Counted from the stretch's first letter, positions 13,001 through 22,604 are shown. The stretch is DNA of 64,000 nucleotides from Mantamonas sphyraenae STR306 (GCA_026936335.1 JAPMXV010000001.1:310001-374000); one strand, 5' to 3'. The notes: generated by a model not told the origin, from the sequence alone. Numbers and translations: made by a program.

Positions 13001-14355
13001 CGTCCGTCGAAGCAGAACAGCAAAACGTCCTGATGGCCAGTCAAGGAGGTGTGGCAGTGGACACTTCGTCCTGGACGTTCTTCCTGGCAGGCAGCGAAGA
13101 CGAACTGCTGCTGCCAAGCTTGCAAATCGGCCCACTGGAGCGCTTTCTGCGCAAGCTCCTCGTTGCTGTGATCATTTTCATTGTGGGCATCCTTCTCTTC
13201 CTCACTGTGTTTTTCATCGACGTGTACGGCGAGGTTGACACCTTTCTGATCACAAACAAGGAAAACAGCGTGACATCGCAGGCGGCAAACATGGCAAACA
13301 TGAAAGGGCTTGGCCAGGCAAGCGCCAAGGGCATTTCGGCCATTGCAGTGTTTATCAACTTTGCCGTGCTTCCCGTGCTCTCGCGTGTGTTGTCCAACTT
13401 TGAGGGGCACCTGACGCACTCGAGCCGCGAGCGTTCGATTCTGCAGAAGCGCAGCGGGGGCATCTTTTTGTTTGGCATCATTTCTCCTCTTCTGGTGGCC
13501 GTTTTCCTCGCGTTCATTCGCACATTGTCCGCAGGCATGTTCATCGCCGGCGTCGCTCGAACCGAGTACGCAAACGCACTCACGAGCGCAGGGCGCACGT
13601 TTGGTGAGGTGCTCACCCATTTCTTTGTTACCTATCTACTGTCTGCAATCATGCTGTCGCCTGTGTCGACGCTGTTGCAACCAGGCATTCTGTTCCGGAC
13701 ACGAGTGCGCAAAATGTCGCTCTCCTCGGCTGCGGTGCTCAGGCAGCAGACGTTGACCAACCATGTAGACCGCATGCACGCTGTGTCGCTAAGTCTAATG
13801 ATGGGTGCCATGGTGCCTCTTGTGGTGCCCATGGCACTCCTCTTTCTGGCTGTTCGCAATGTCCTGGACAGGTTCATGCTCTGCTACCCCACTTACTGGA
13901 CATACACGTATTGTGGTGCAGAGCAGGACAACACAGAGCTGCAAGAGCACGAGTCGGGACTGACAGATTCCAATGATGGCGAGCAGGACGACTACAACGA
14001 CGAGGACGACGACGAAGACGACGACGAACCGCAGAGTCAAAGTGTTCGCACAGTCGAGTCGTCGAACCGCCGCCTCCGCACCATGCGAGCAACACCCAAG
14101 CTCCTCAACAACCGCATCACACGCAGTTCGGTGACCATGCTCCTGTTTGCAGCAGCTGTCGTGCCGATTGTGTTTGCGCTGATGGTTTTCGTCAACACCT
14201 TCAACCTCTTCAGCCTCATCTCCGGTGCACCAGGGTCACAGGCCAACGTGGGTGCCGAGCAGCTCTCTGCCTTTCTGTACTTTGCGCTCGTGCTGCTGTG
14301 CATTTCCGTGATGCGTTTCCTCTGGCGCACGTTCTTCCGTGTCCGAATCGTCTGA
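10015..14355 (+). CDS. OSCA/TMEM63 (CSC1/DUF221)-like channel with signal peptide and large IPT/TIG-like ectodomain
   Basis: Signal peptide MHRSTLALLVALVCIICVV. Repeated IPT-type motifs (LRLSIDGGIRW, LGISTNCFDW, VAVSNNGGYDW). C-terminal OSCA-like motifs LLVVRNISP, LQIGPLERFLRKLLV, LSNFEGHLTHSSRERSILQK and MVPLVVPMALLFLAVRNVLDRF, with ~10-11 TM segments. Confidence 0.75.
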   Translation: MHRSTLALLVALVCIICVVERVHAYGELACKTGVPPPLPVVEPLPQPLVVHTLCRQYSGYTITFKNATDTFCNHPMVQWAPDDYCDAFVGLNSVIVDSQGVGTVSVTPPPFIRRPYNGTLRLSIDGGIRWVDAGPFVMVPKANGFVVDSISVPDTLAFPQQQITVVINYTDPSIQNRFYTVNTKVLNFNDQIHTQVLTVDTPSPGQATFSFTLGDDFFKQASLKLSPARLGISTNCFDWADHDAHGNPLDLPLARVSNTAQITGFQPNPVTAWNSSVEVTIKGKNFIPKQFPILQSMNVQVNMSQNTVQGFIKCDFNSASLNAKIINDQTAVFTLDSSGSGCSDVPLTVAVSNNGGYDWSNKAVLPIADAPNTASIHSFWPTKVPMNEQTDITVVGTGFKAVGRTLAFQVNDQSATFNTHVCNDSVAVITFTYAQVPTSTLYVTNRAQNQLLGSKGLLGKYSSTNWATAPVNITFVPTKMKSWTADWMPAHPNNITHLLPYVVIPLADTSQGLDVNVVGGHPPFRFSVLHKGFNHTLDPNNPYYSYSVRQGTFTITLNCNRARMDGTMVFQVDDTSGNTARFSVNLNTSSVHCKRPTYSKVVSLPHMPMAAGRVADHPLKWDTFRDRKDLTFAGINPLYMSFVAYFRDYKTSYTKWGMFLSMSSFTERSYDTVATNPNVYHGNNDINVPLAPVGTYNLSLVDVSSCTIVDIPTPVTVSFNDDGIVEYLLQVLAAGFVGLLVVIYVHCVRNREHLVPREQKESGIDVATVPSVRQTLKNVFTRMWTTTHRELMQHADPEQRARLSLDRRMLRTMAGLTVLSLALLIFYVAIGRNVPNLSVLTAANILDDLQDDATALTVAWIVVTLSVLGLYMLCWVLWHGSRRTRAERDEYGHYQLLVVRNISPLLTYGQARSALEHLTSIPVLDAKVVFHDGVESTLIEQPDDDMVGFHAMTITMLWDKETADHMKQFVVPLSSARRWMRAMWGGSRGSSSDEDSSVEAEQQNVLMASQGGVAVDTSSWTFFLAGSEDELLLPSLQIGPLERFLRKLLVAVIIFIVGILLFLTVFFIDVYGEVDTFLITNKENSVTSQAANMANMKGLGQASAKGISAIAVFINFAVLPVLSRVLSNFEGHLTHSSRERSILQKRSGGIFLFGIISPLLVAVFLAFIRTLSAGMFIAGVARTEYANALTSAGRTFGEVLTHFFVTYLLSAIMLSPVSTLLQPGILFRTRVRKMSLSSAAVLRQQTLTNHVDRMHAVSLSLMMGAMVPLVVPMALLFLAVRNVLDRFMLCYPTYWTYTYCGAEQDNTELQEHESGLTDSNDGEQDDYNDEDDDEDDDEPQSQSVRTVESSNRRLRTMRATPKLLNNRITRSSVTMLLFAAAVVPIVFALMVFVNTFNLFSLISGAPGSQANVGAEQLSAFLYFALVLLCISVMRFLWRTFFRVRIV

Positions 14356-14418
14356 GGACGACCAAGCAAAAGCAAAAAGGTGCTACATTGTGACCTCGCG
14401 TGCCCCTCCCTCTCAATC

Positions 14419-14991
14419 TTAATCGGCCATCTTGCCGCGCTTGCTCTTGCGCTTGGCCCTGGACTTGTTGGCCAAGCCGTCGTAACGTGCGTGCAGCAAG
14501 TTCCCAAACGTCGGGCCAAACTTGATCATATCCTTGGCTGTGAGCTGTGAGTGGGTGATAGATCCAGAGCGGTAGGTGGTATGTGTCCAGTGGCATGTGT
14601 CAGTTGCGTGTGAGGAGAAGCTGTACAGCAGAAGGAGGTGCGCAATGCCAGAGGTGGCCATGCGCCACGTCACGCCGCCTCCCTCTGCTTCGCTACGCGT
14701 GCACAGGGGCGTGCAGTAAGGTCGCCACTGATCACATACAATTGTGCTAAACTTGTTCTTCTTGCCATCGCTGACGCGGATGAGGCACATGACCACGCCG
14801 TCCTGGTTGGCCTTGCCCTTCTTCTTGGGAGTGTTGTTGCTGCTGCTTCCGCCGCCGCCACCGCTGCTGCTGCTGCTGCCAGTCACATGGCGCTTGGTCG
14901 TGATAAATACAGAGCCGCTGTTCTTCCGCTTGCACTCCTCAATGAGCTTCTCCAATCGCGTCAAGAACGCATCGGAGGAAAGGCGAACCAT
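14419..14991 (-). CDS. SRP14: Signal recognition particle 14 kDa protein
   Basis: MVRLSSDAFLTRLEKL, GSVFITTKR, CLIRVSDGKKNKFSTI. An in-frame intron at 14545-14739 precedes a basic C-terminus. Confidence 0.9.
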   Translation of the reverse strand: MVRLSSDAFLTRLEKLIEECKRKNSGSVFITTKRHVTGSSSSSGGGGGSSSNNTPKKKGKANQDGVVMCLIRVSDGKKNKFSTIVCDQWRPYCTPLCTRSEAEGGGVTWRMATSGIAHLLLLYSFSSHATDTCHWTHTTYRSGSITHSQLTAKDMIKFGPTFGNLLHARYDGLANKSRAKRKSKRGKMAD

Positions 14992-15081
14992 GGCGAGGCG
15001 AGGTTTGTTTTGCTTCGGCGAGTGTGTTCATTCATCAGCATTGATGCGAGTGTGTGTGTGTGCGAGTGTGCGTGCGCCAGC

Positions 15082-18000
15082 CTACGCGTTGGCCAGTTGG
15101 TCGAGCACAAGGTCAACAAGACCCTGGGAGGCGGCCTGGTTGGTGGTGCGTGCTGTGACGCGCACGCGCTGGTTGTTTGCGTCTACCTCGACCAGGAGCA
15201 GACACCCGACACTGCCGTTGTTAAACGTAAACAGGCCAGCCGAGTACACCGTCGACTGGTTGCCGTCGATGTCGTGGAAGGTCATGTTGAGGTTGGCCAG
15301 CAGCGTCTTGACGCTGTCTGAGCTCACACCTGGCGCGGGGCCTACGCTCTGCACCTGGCTGCCGTTCTGTGCCAGTCCTGTCCAGCGCTTGCCAAAGTCT
15401 GCGGAGCTAAACGTCACGCCAGACACAAACTTGGTCATGACCAGGGGCAGCTTGACGGCGTGCGCGTACTGCGTCCCCGCGCTGCTGAACGACAGAGTGA
15501 CCACGGGCGGCTCGCTGAACGGAGCGGTGACCATGACGTCAAACGTGTGCTGCAGCTGCTTGCGGCTGGGGATGGAGTTCAGCGCACCCGTCACCTTGAA
15601 CTTCATGCACTCCGAGTCCTCCAAGGCCACGTTGAAGTCGGACAGCTCCGAGCCCAGCTTGTTGCCCACAAACAAGGCCACCTTGCCAAACTGCTTCTGG
15701 AACATGGCCTGGTAGCCGACTTGCACCTGCTGTGTGTTGAGCAGCACCGCCTTGTTGGTGGTGCAAAGCGCACGGAATTCGCTCAGGTTTTCCGGCTCTT
15801 TGCTGTTTCCACTGCTGCCTGCGTCCAGCGTGTCAAACAGAGACAAGCCACTGCTGCTGCTGCTGCTTCCGCTGCTGCTGCTGCTGCTGCCGCCTCCTCC
15901 GCCGCCGAGCAGGTCGATCAAACCGCCGTCGCTGCTGCTGGACTCGGGCTCCTCAGCACCGATGAGCTCGCCGTCGCCCGACTCGTCTTCCTCCTCCTCC
16001 TCGTACTCTTCGCCCTCCTCCTCGTCTTCGCCACTCTCCTCGCCTTCTTCTCCCTCGGCACCTTCCTTGTCGGCGATGGTCTCGAGGTTCCAAGCGCGGC
16101 GATCGACAGTGTCGTCCTTCTCGACAAAACGGCGGATGAGCGACGACTCGCGGTCGGGGAACGGAGGCATGATGTCCAGTACGGTGGGCATGATGTCTTC
16201 GTTGACCTGCAGGAGGCGCACATACTCGTTTGCGCGCTGTTGGAGTTCGGTGTCGATGTGCTCTGTGCAGTTGTTGAGAAAGTCCAGGCAGTCGTCGGTG
16301 ATCTCCGGGTACAAGTTGATGAACTTGACGATGGTGGAGAGCATGACAGCCTGTGTGTTGGGCTGGCTCAAGGCAAACAGGTCGTTGACAATGAAGAACT
16401 GGTCTTCGGGGCCACTGCCTTCCTCCTCGGCAATGAGGTTGCCGTACTCGCCAAGCAGATAGGCGCCAATGAGACGGGTTGTCTCCAGAGAGGCAGCCCC
16501 CTCTGCAACGAGGACCTTGAAAATGGTGTAGGCAGCGTAGAACTGCAGGTTTTCGTCAGCGTTGGTGACGATCTGGACGACGCGGTACCAGATGTCGTCG
16601 GAGACGTACTCGCCGGCCTTGGAGATGAGGTTGAGGATGGTGTCGACGTACCAGGTGAGATCGGGCGGGAACTTTTCGGCAAGGATGGCAATCTTGAGCA
16701 CGAGTTCTTCGCGGATGTCCAGGTCCGAGGTGACGAGGTACTCCAGAAGGCGTTCGACAATCTCCTTTGCGTTGTCCTTGTCGGTCATGACGTAGAGGAG
16801 GTCAAGAGCGCGCTTGCGGATGCTGATGTCCGAATCTTTGAGCGAGTCCAGGACAGTGCTTTGGTGCTTCTGAATGAGTTCCATGGAACCCTGGAGGGTG
16901 GCCAGATGGGCCATGGCCTCGAGGGTGAGGTAGCGCACGTTCGTGTCCTTGCCCGAGAGGAAACGGCCGAGGAGGACGGCAGCCTGGACGAGGAGCTCGT
17001 TGTCACAGTCGAGACGGATGATGAGGTTGATGGCCTCAAAGAGGATGGAGTACACAATGTTGACGCGGTTGGGCGACGAGCGCGAGCTGAGGTCGGCCGT
17101 CTTGAGAATGGAAGAGAGGACGTCGATGAGGTGCATCCTGAGCACGCGCTCCTCGGGCGGTGGGAAGTACTGGAGGCAGCGCAGAAGCTTGACTTGCAGC
17201 CAGGGCGCAACGACGCCGTAGTACACGTACTCGTTGTACTGCGAGGAGGAAAACTCGCGGCCGAGGATGATCTTGTGGAGGAGACGCACGCACTGAGGCG
17301 CCACAGTCTCGTACTCCTCGGGAGCAGCGGAGACGAGGCCGAGGACAAGGCTCATGACCGAAGTGAGCACGCCCAAGTTGTTGGTGGACGTAAGAAGCAT
17401 GACGAGACGTTCCTCCCATTCCTCCGGGATGATGAGGTCGGGATACTTGCGGAAGAGGCGCAGGAGACACAGGGCGCTCTTCTTGCGGATGACAGCGCCG
17501 GTAGTGCTTTGGGGGTGAGAGGGGAACGGGAGCGGACACGGTGAACGCGGGGTGGGTGGGCGGAGGGTAGGGTGTGGAGAGTGTGAGTTTGGATTTCGCC
17601 GGAGACAAAAAACACCCTGTGGAAGAGGACCTACCCCATGAGCATCTTTTGAACCATGGGACCTGAAGATGGGACACGGTGGTGAGCATGTGGGCGAGGG
17701 CAGGGTGAGCGAGGGTCTTTGTGTGAGCGTGTGTGCGGGGAAAGGTGGCGGCCAGGAAAAAAACTGCGGTGGAAGAGGGCAAGGGCTCGGCACGGCGGGC
17801 GTCGCACGGGACGCACGAGAACGAGAGACATACCGAGGGCCTGTGCGGTGTCCTGGGAGCCGATGTTTGCCACTGCTCCGAGGGCCACGCACTGGTAGAG
17901 CTCAGAGGAGCTCTGGAGATCCTCGCCGATGGTGTTGATGATGAGCATGAGCAGATCGCTGCTTTCGTCGAGTAGGACCGAGGTGGCTAGATAGCCGACG

Positions 18001-18447
18001 ACTTTCTCTGCATACACCGTACTACTCATGAGATCGATGGCCTGCATGATGCCAAAGTCCACCTCGTAGCTGCACACACACGCGCGTGGACAGGACAGGG
18101 GCGGGGTTGCGGCCGGAGGGAATCCGGAAGAGGGTGTCAGGCAAGGCGGGAGTGGTTTGGGCACGCCGAGGTGCAAGGGAGTGAGGTACGGCGACACGAG
18201 ACAGCGCAAACACAAAGGACAAGACACACAAGGTGGAGCGATGGGAATGCGGGATGACGTACCCGAGCATGTAAGCGTAGAGGAGCTTGCACACGTATTT
18301 ACGTTTGTCGTAGCTCTTGAGCTTGTGCGAGTCCTTAAAGTTGGAGCGGATGTTTGCCATCTCCTTCATGATGCGCTTCTGCTCCTGCTCCTTGGTAGTG
18401 CATTGTCGGATGTCCGAAATGAACTGAGTGAGGCCTCGAAACGCCAT
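15082..18447 (-). CDS. AP2A: AP-2 complex subunit alpha (alpha-adaptin)
   Basis: MAFRGLTQFISDIRQC...KYVCKLLYAYMLGY, EKVVGYLA, KKSALCLLRL, PWLQVKLLR, DISIRKRALDLLY and DTELQQRANEY, followed by a hinge and appendage. Three 5' introns, including a short exon (PMVQKMLMG) at ~17634-17662. Confidence 0.95.
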
Positions 18448-18497
18448 GGTGTGTGTGTCTGTGTGTGTTCCAAGGTTGGCTGCATCCACGCACGTCT

Positions 18498-19370
18498 TCA
18501 TTTCGCCTCCTTCTCCGACACAAGCACATACTCGCGTGAGCTTTGTCCGAATCGAATGACATCCTGAGAGCGCAGCTCGTAGAAGCGCCTGCTTTTGATG
18601 GGGGCTGCGTTGACGGTTGTGCCGTGGGTGGATTTGAGGTCGATGAGATAAGGCCGGACCACTGTGTCGCCGTCTTCGTTGACTACGCGACGGAACTGAA
18701 GGACGGCGTGCTGGCTGCTACACGAGAGGTGGTCTGTGGGCACGTCGACGACACGGCGATCTCGGCCAAACAGAAAGTGGCTCTTCTGGTGGAGATGCAG
18801 CTTCTCCAACAGCTCTTCGCCACGGAATACATACATACGAAAGGGTTCGTCGGGCATGCAGCCATCGTCGCACTCGGCATACTTGAGTTCGACGCCCGAC
18901 GGCTTGGTTTCCGCGTCCTGCGCGCGACCGCCCCCTCCACCGCTGTCCAGGGCCCCCGAAGTCCCAAAGTCCACCTTTGCCTTTTTGACAGTGCCGCCCT
19001 CGCCGGCATCTGCTTCTGTTCCGTCGCTGGGCTTGCCCCACTCCATTTTGGGGCCGCCACCGGCGACGAGCGCGCTAATGTTGGACGCTGCTGCCTTGGC
19101 CGCGGGTGCAGCTGACGAGGAAGAGGAGGACGAGGAAGACTGTGTGTTGCTGTGTACATTGGCCACAGGGATGGAATTACTGCCACTGCCTGTGCTTGAG
19201 GCTGCGTCGTCGCGCTTGCGCTTTCTGTCGCGCGCCTCGTGTTGCTTCGCTCTGCGAGCAGCCTCCTCGGCCGCCTTTTGCTCCCGCTCTGCCTTTTCGG
19301 CCATGTCGGCCAATCTCTGGGCGACCTGGGAGTCGCTGATGTGTGGGTTTGTGTCCCAGCGGCTTGTCAT
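18498..19370 (-). CDS. SNIP1: FHA-domain RES-complex protein SNIP1/Pml1
   Basis: GVELKYAE, LFGRDRRVVDVPTDHLSCSSQHAVLQFR, RPYLIDLKSTHGT, DVIRFGQSSREYVL. Confidence 0.9.
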   Translation of the reverse strand: MTSRWDTNPHISDSQVAQRLADMAEKAEREQKAAEEAARRAKQHEARDRKRKRDDAASSTGSGSNSIPVANVHSNTQSSSSSSSSSAAPAAKAAASNISALVAGGGPKMEWGKPSDGTEADAGEGGTVKKAKVDFGTSGALDSGGGGGRAQDAETKPSGVELKYAECDDGCMPDEPFRMYVFRGEELLEKLHLHQKSHFLFGRDRRVVDVPTDHLSCSSQHAVLQFRRVVNEDGDTVVRPYLIDLKSTHGTTVNAAPIKSRRFYELRSQDVIRFGQSSREYVLVSEKEAK

Positions 19371-22081
19371 GCGGGTTCTGTTGTGTGGCGCTGGGCGACA
19401 TCGAGGAGCAGGCGACGCAGGAACTGCACCTGGGTGCGTTGCGTCTGTTCCGGTTGCATGGAGTTGATGCGTCTGTTTGCAATCAGCATGCGCACGCGGT
19501 TTGCTGTGCGCTTGTCGCCAAGCTCGTGAAAGGCGTTCAGCAGGAGCTCGAGGAGGGTGACGTCGTGCATAAACTGCAGGTAATCGTGGTGCAGATTGGC
19601 CAGGTTTTGCAGAAGCATGTTGGCGGCGGTGGACAGCAGGCTACTGCGCTCCTTGGTGCGGCTGAGAAGGAGGACGAGCGTGGCTTCCACCGCGCGGGCC
19701 CCTTTGGTGAGACTGTAGGCGAAGCGGCCGAGAGTGCCGTCGTCCATTCCCGATCGATGCAGGTCGTCGAGAGCCTGGGCCACCTGTGCGTCGTGGTGGC
19801 AGTTTGCCCAGCCGTCGCAGATGAGCGCTGCCGATTGGATGTACAGGTGACAGGCGCGCGCGTGGTGGGACTGCATGTGATGATAATCGGCCAGAAGGAG
19901 GGCAATAAATGGATCGGTACCGTCGAGCAGCTCGTGCAGACGGGCCACGGTCTGCATGTTGGCTTTCAGCAATCGTGCGCGTTGCCTGCTGCTGATCGAC
20001 TTTGGCAGTGCACTCAGCAGAGCTGCAGCTGCGTTCATGTGCAGTGTGTCTGTGGACCATTGGGATGCGTCACGTGTGATGACATCCGCGCCCGTTTGCA
20101 TGGAGAAAAACATGCACGCGAGGGCACGCAGCAGCGTGGGGGACTCGAGATGGCGCAGCAGCCCCGTCGACGTGTTCCATTCCAATGCAGGTGTAGCTGT
20201 GCGGTTGGATGACGACGAAGAGGATGACGTGCTGGACGAGGACGATTCCTCCGTGTTTTTCTGTCCGCACAGACAATCGACAATGGCCAGAGCGACATCG
20301 TTGAGGTCATTTGTAGCGACGGAGGAGGAGGACGATGATGATGATGAGGAGGAGGAGGAGGAGGAGGAGGAGGAGGAGGAAGCACGGACGAGGCGTCCGA
20401 GACGATGCAACGCTGTGGCCATGGTGCACGCTTGCCTGGCAAGGAGAGTGCTGGAGGCGAGGGCGTGTGTGATGGCCCCAAGCAATTGGTCGCCATGCTG
20501 TTGCAGACCGACACATTTGGCCAGAGTGGCGTACAGCCTCTCCTCACCAAACGCACGCACACGGTCCGGAGCCTGAAGAAGGCGCAGGGCGCGGTCGACG
20601 TCTGCGTCGGCCAGGGCACACAAGAGAGTGCATGCGTAGACATCGTTGTCGTCGGTGCGTAGGATGTCGACTTCCTGCAGCAGCTCCTGGGCGCGTGCGT
20701 ACTGCTGGCGGGTGACGAGCTGCTTCACCGTTTCCTCCACCTTGCCCACAGGCAGGCGGATGCGCTTGCGGTCATGCGTCGCCTCGCTATCGGCTGTGTC
20801 TGCGGATGACGACGAATCTGTGGAGCGAGAGCGCTTCGTGCCGAGCTGGGGCAGGTGTACAGAGAGCTGGTCGCTGGCGCCCGAGTCGTCGTCGCGGTGT
20901 GTGTACCCAATGCTGTGTTCACGGTCGCGCTGAAGCATGTCGCGGTCAGATTGGGACATTGCATCGATGAACGGGGCCAGACGCGGTGTGTCGAGCACAG
21001 CCCAGGCTGACGGAGTGTCGATCTTGCGCACCATGTTGCAGATGAGGGAGGCCATGTTGGCAACGGCAACAGCGTCGTGGCGAAGCTTGAGTATCCTGGA
21101 GGCATATTCGACGCAAGTGTTCAGGTGGTGATCGCTGTCCAAGGCGCTTGTGGGCAGGAGAAGCTGTTTGTGAACGCTGCCGTGCAAGGCGTTGCACACA
21201 CGCACAGGATCGCCCACGAGCCGCTCCAGCAACGCACGGTAGCGTGTCCCCACGCTGGGTTGTGTCGATGACGTGTCTTGCAGCAAAAGGCTGACAAGAG
21301 TGGCCTCGGCGTCTGTGTCGTCGCTGCTGCTCGTCCGCTTGCCCTCTGCGCCGCCACCCTCCACTTCTCTGCGGGCCCACTCGAGCTGCTGAAACAGCGA
21401 TGTGTCGGAAACAGAGTCGGGTTTGCGGTGAAGCATACCCAAGCTGGCTGTGTGCAACTTGTTGCACAGGGCTGCGTCGTCGTCGTCGAGGCCGTCGGCG
21501 TGGCTCGATTGCAAAGTGCGCGTGTGCTTTACACAGGCGTCGTAGTCACGCAGAGCGAAGCTGGCCTGAGCGCACTCCATGTGGACACGTTGCAACATGG
21601 ACGCTTCGGCCTGGGAGCCGTGGTTGGTCAGCCAGGCCTCCAGGGCCGCCAAAGCGTCACGCAGTGCTTCGAGGGCCACTGCCGTGTTCTGATCTGCAGC
21701 TTGGGCCTGGGTCACGCCCAGCTGATAACGCATGAGAAACAGGCCTGAGGAATGCACGTGTGCGGCTTCAGGATACTCCTGTGCCCAGCGTAGGACGCGT
21801 TCAGGCTGGGTGAGCTGGTCGACAAGCTCGTCCAGCGTCAGATGCGTGGTTTGGTTGACGATGCGGCCCACGAGTTGTTTCAGCGCAGCGGTGCGCTTTG
21901 GATTCACTTCTGTCTGGCGCACCATCTCGTTGATGAGCTCGCAGGGCAACGGCGTGCCTGACGCGTAGTGCTGCGGGTCTTGGTCGCCGTTCCACAGCGC
22001 AATCACGTCGTCCAGCAACGAGCGATTCAGCACATAGTCGAACCATGCCGTGGAAGGCGACACCTCCATGTGTTCCTGCAT
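19367..22081 (-). CDS. INTS8: Integrator complex subunit 8
   Basis: N-terminal WFDYVLNRSLL parallels human WFEFLLEESLL, and PLPCELINEM parallels PAPVQLIVQF. The C-terminal ADYHH...ACHLYIQSAA and FMHDVTLLELL...HELGD parallel ADIYF...ALHYYLQAGA and YIWDVTILEYL...HKRGE. Start taken at MQEHMEV. Confidence 0.78.
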   Translation of the reverse strand: MQEHMEVSPSTAWFDYVLNRSLLDDVIALWNGDQDPQHYASGTPLPCELINEMVRQTEVNPKRTAALKQLVGRIVNQTTHLTLDELVDQLTQPERVLRWAQEYPEAAHVHSSGLFLMRYQLGVTQAQAADQNTAVALEALRDALAALEAWLTNHGSQAEASMLQRVHMECAQASFALRDYDACVKHTRTLQSSHADGLDDDDAALCNKLHTASLGMLHRKPDSVSDTSLFQQLEWARREVEGGGAEGKRTSSSDDTDAEATLVSLLLQDTSSTQPSVGTRYRALLERLVGDPVRVCNALHGSVHKQLLLPTSALDSDHHLNTCVEYASRILKLRHDAVAVANMASLICNMVRKIDTPSAWAVLDTPRLAPFIDAMSQSDRDMLQRDREHSIGYTHRDDDSGASDQLSVHLPQLGTKRSRSTDSSSSADTADSEATHDRKRIRLPVGKVEETVKQLVTRQQYARAQELLQEVDILRTDDNDVYACTLLCALADADVDRALRLLQAPDRVRAFGEERLYATLAKCVGLQQHGDQLLGAITHALASSTLLARQACTMATALHRLGRLVRASSSSSSSSSSSSSSSSSSSSVATNDLNDVALAIVDCLCGQKNTEESSSSSTSSSSSSSNRTATPALEWNTSTGLLRHLESPTLLRALACMFFSMQTGADVITRDASQWSTDTLHMNAAAALLSALPKSISSRQRARLLKANMQTVARLHELLDGTDPFIALLLADYHHMQSHHARACHLYIQSAALICDGWANCHHDAQVAQALDDLHRSGMDDGTLGRFAYSLTKGARAVEATLVLLLSRTKERSSLLSTAANMLLQNLANLHHDYLQFMHDVTLLELLLNAFHELGDKRTANRVRMLIANRRINSMQPEQTQRTQVQFLRRLLLDVAQRHTTEPA

Positions 22082-22150
22082 GGTTGGACAAAGAGCGAGT
22101 GCGTTTGTTTTGGCGGCAGCAGAGCTGCGACTGCGCCGCCAACAATAGAA

Positions 22151-22318
22151 TTGCCTCGCCCACATTCTCCGTACAAGCTGCGGCAGCTCACACTCGCTGG
22201 CTTGTCCCATGGGATTGAGGCAAAGCAAGCCCCGCGGCGGTTTCATCCCCAAAGGGCCCAGGCATTCCATTCTTTGCCCCGAATCCGACTCGGCATTGAC
22301 CACCTGCCTGTGACATCT
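22151..22318 (+). ncRNA. Box H/ACA snoRNA, probably U17/snR30 (SNORA73) family
   Basis: 5' hairpin (ttgcctc/gaggcaa, ccca/tggg, acaagc/gcttgt); H box AAAGCA at 22222-22227; a short internal hairpin; a 3' hairpin (caggca/tgcctg) with AUUCCAU and GACCACC in its pocket; ACA at 22313-22315 followed by TCT and a T-rich tract. Confidence 0.6.
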
Positions 22319-22604
22319 TTCTTTCGCCAATTTCCCTGCCCTGTGTGATGTGCATGCGTGCATGAGTACTGTTTGCGTGGGATTGCTTGTCCATGGCGTG
22401 GCGCAACGACCCGTACGTGACACCGAGAAAGATCGAGGTGCATGCGCCAGGCGCAGAGTCTTTCCCCACCCGTCCACACACGCACACACAAAATGAACAT
22501 GCTATTGCTGTGGATCCCGTCTGTTGTGCACACATCGTGTTGTGCGTTGAACGTCGTCTCGTCTTGTCTTCGTTCGCCCGCCCAAGCTCAAAACAACCGC
22601 AGGT

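Noticed and set aside
15460-17544. Long antisense ORFs (694 aa here; also 51351-52868, 60203-61738, 62443-63708 and others)
   Set aside because: They mirror well-supported genes on the other strand, result from GC-rich codon usage, and carry no recognisable motifs.
22082-22489. N-terminal extension of the 1040-aa ORF and overlapping short ORFs
   Set aside because: INTS8 similarity begins right after Met 22081, and the region is better explained by a plus-strand ncRNA.
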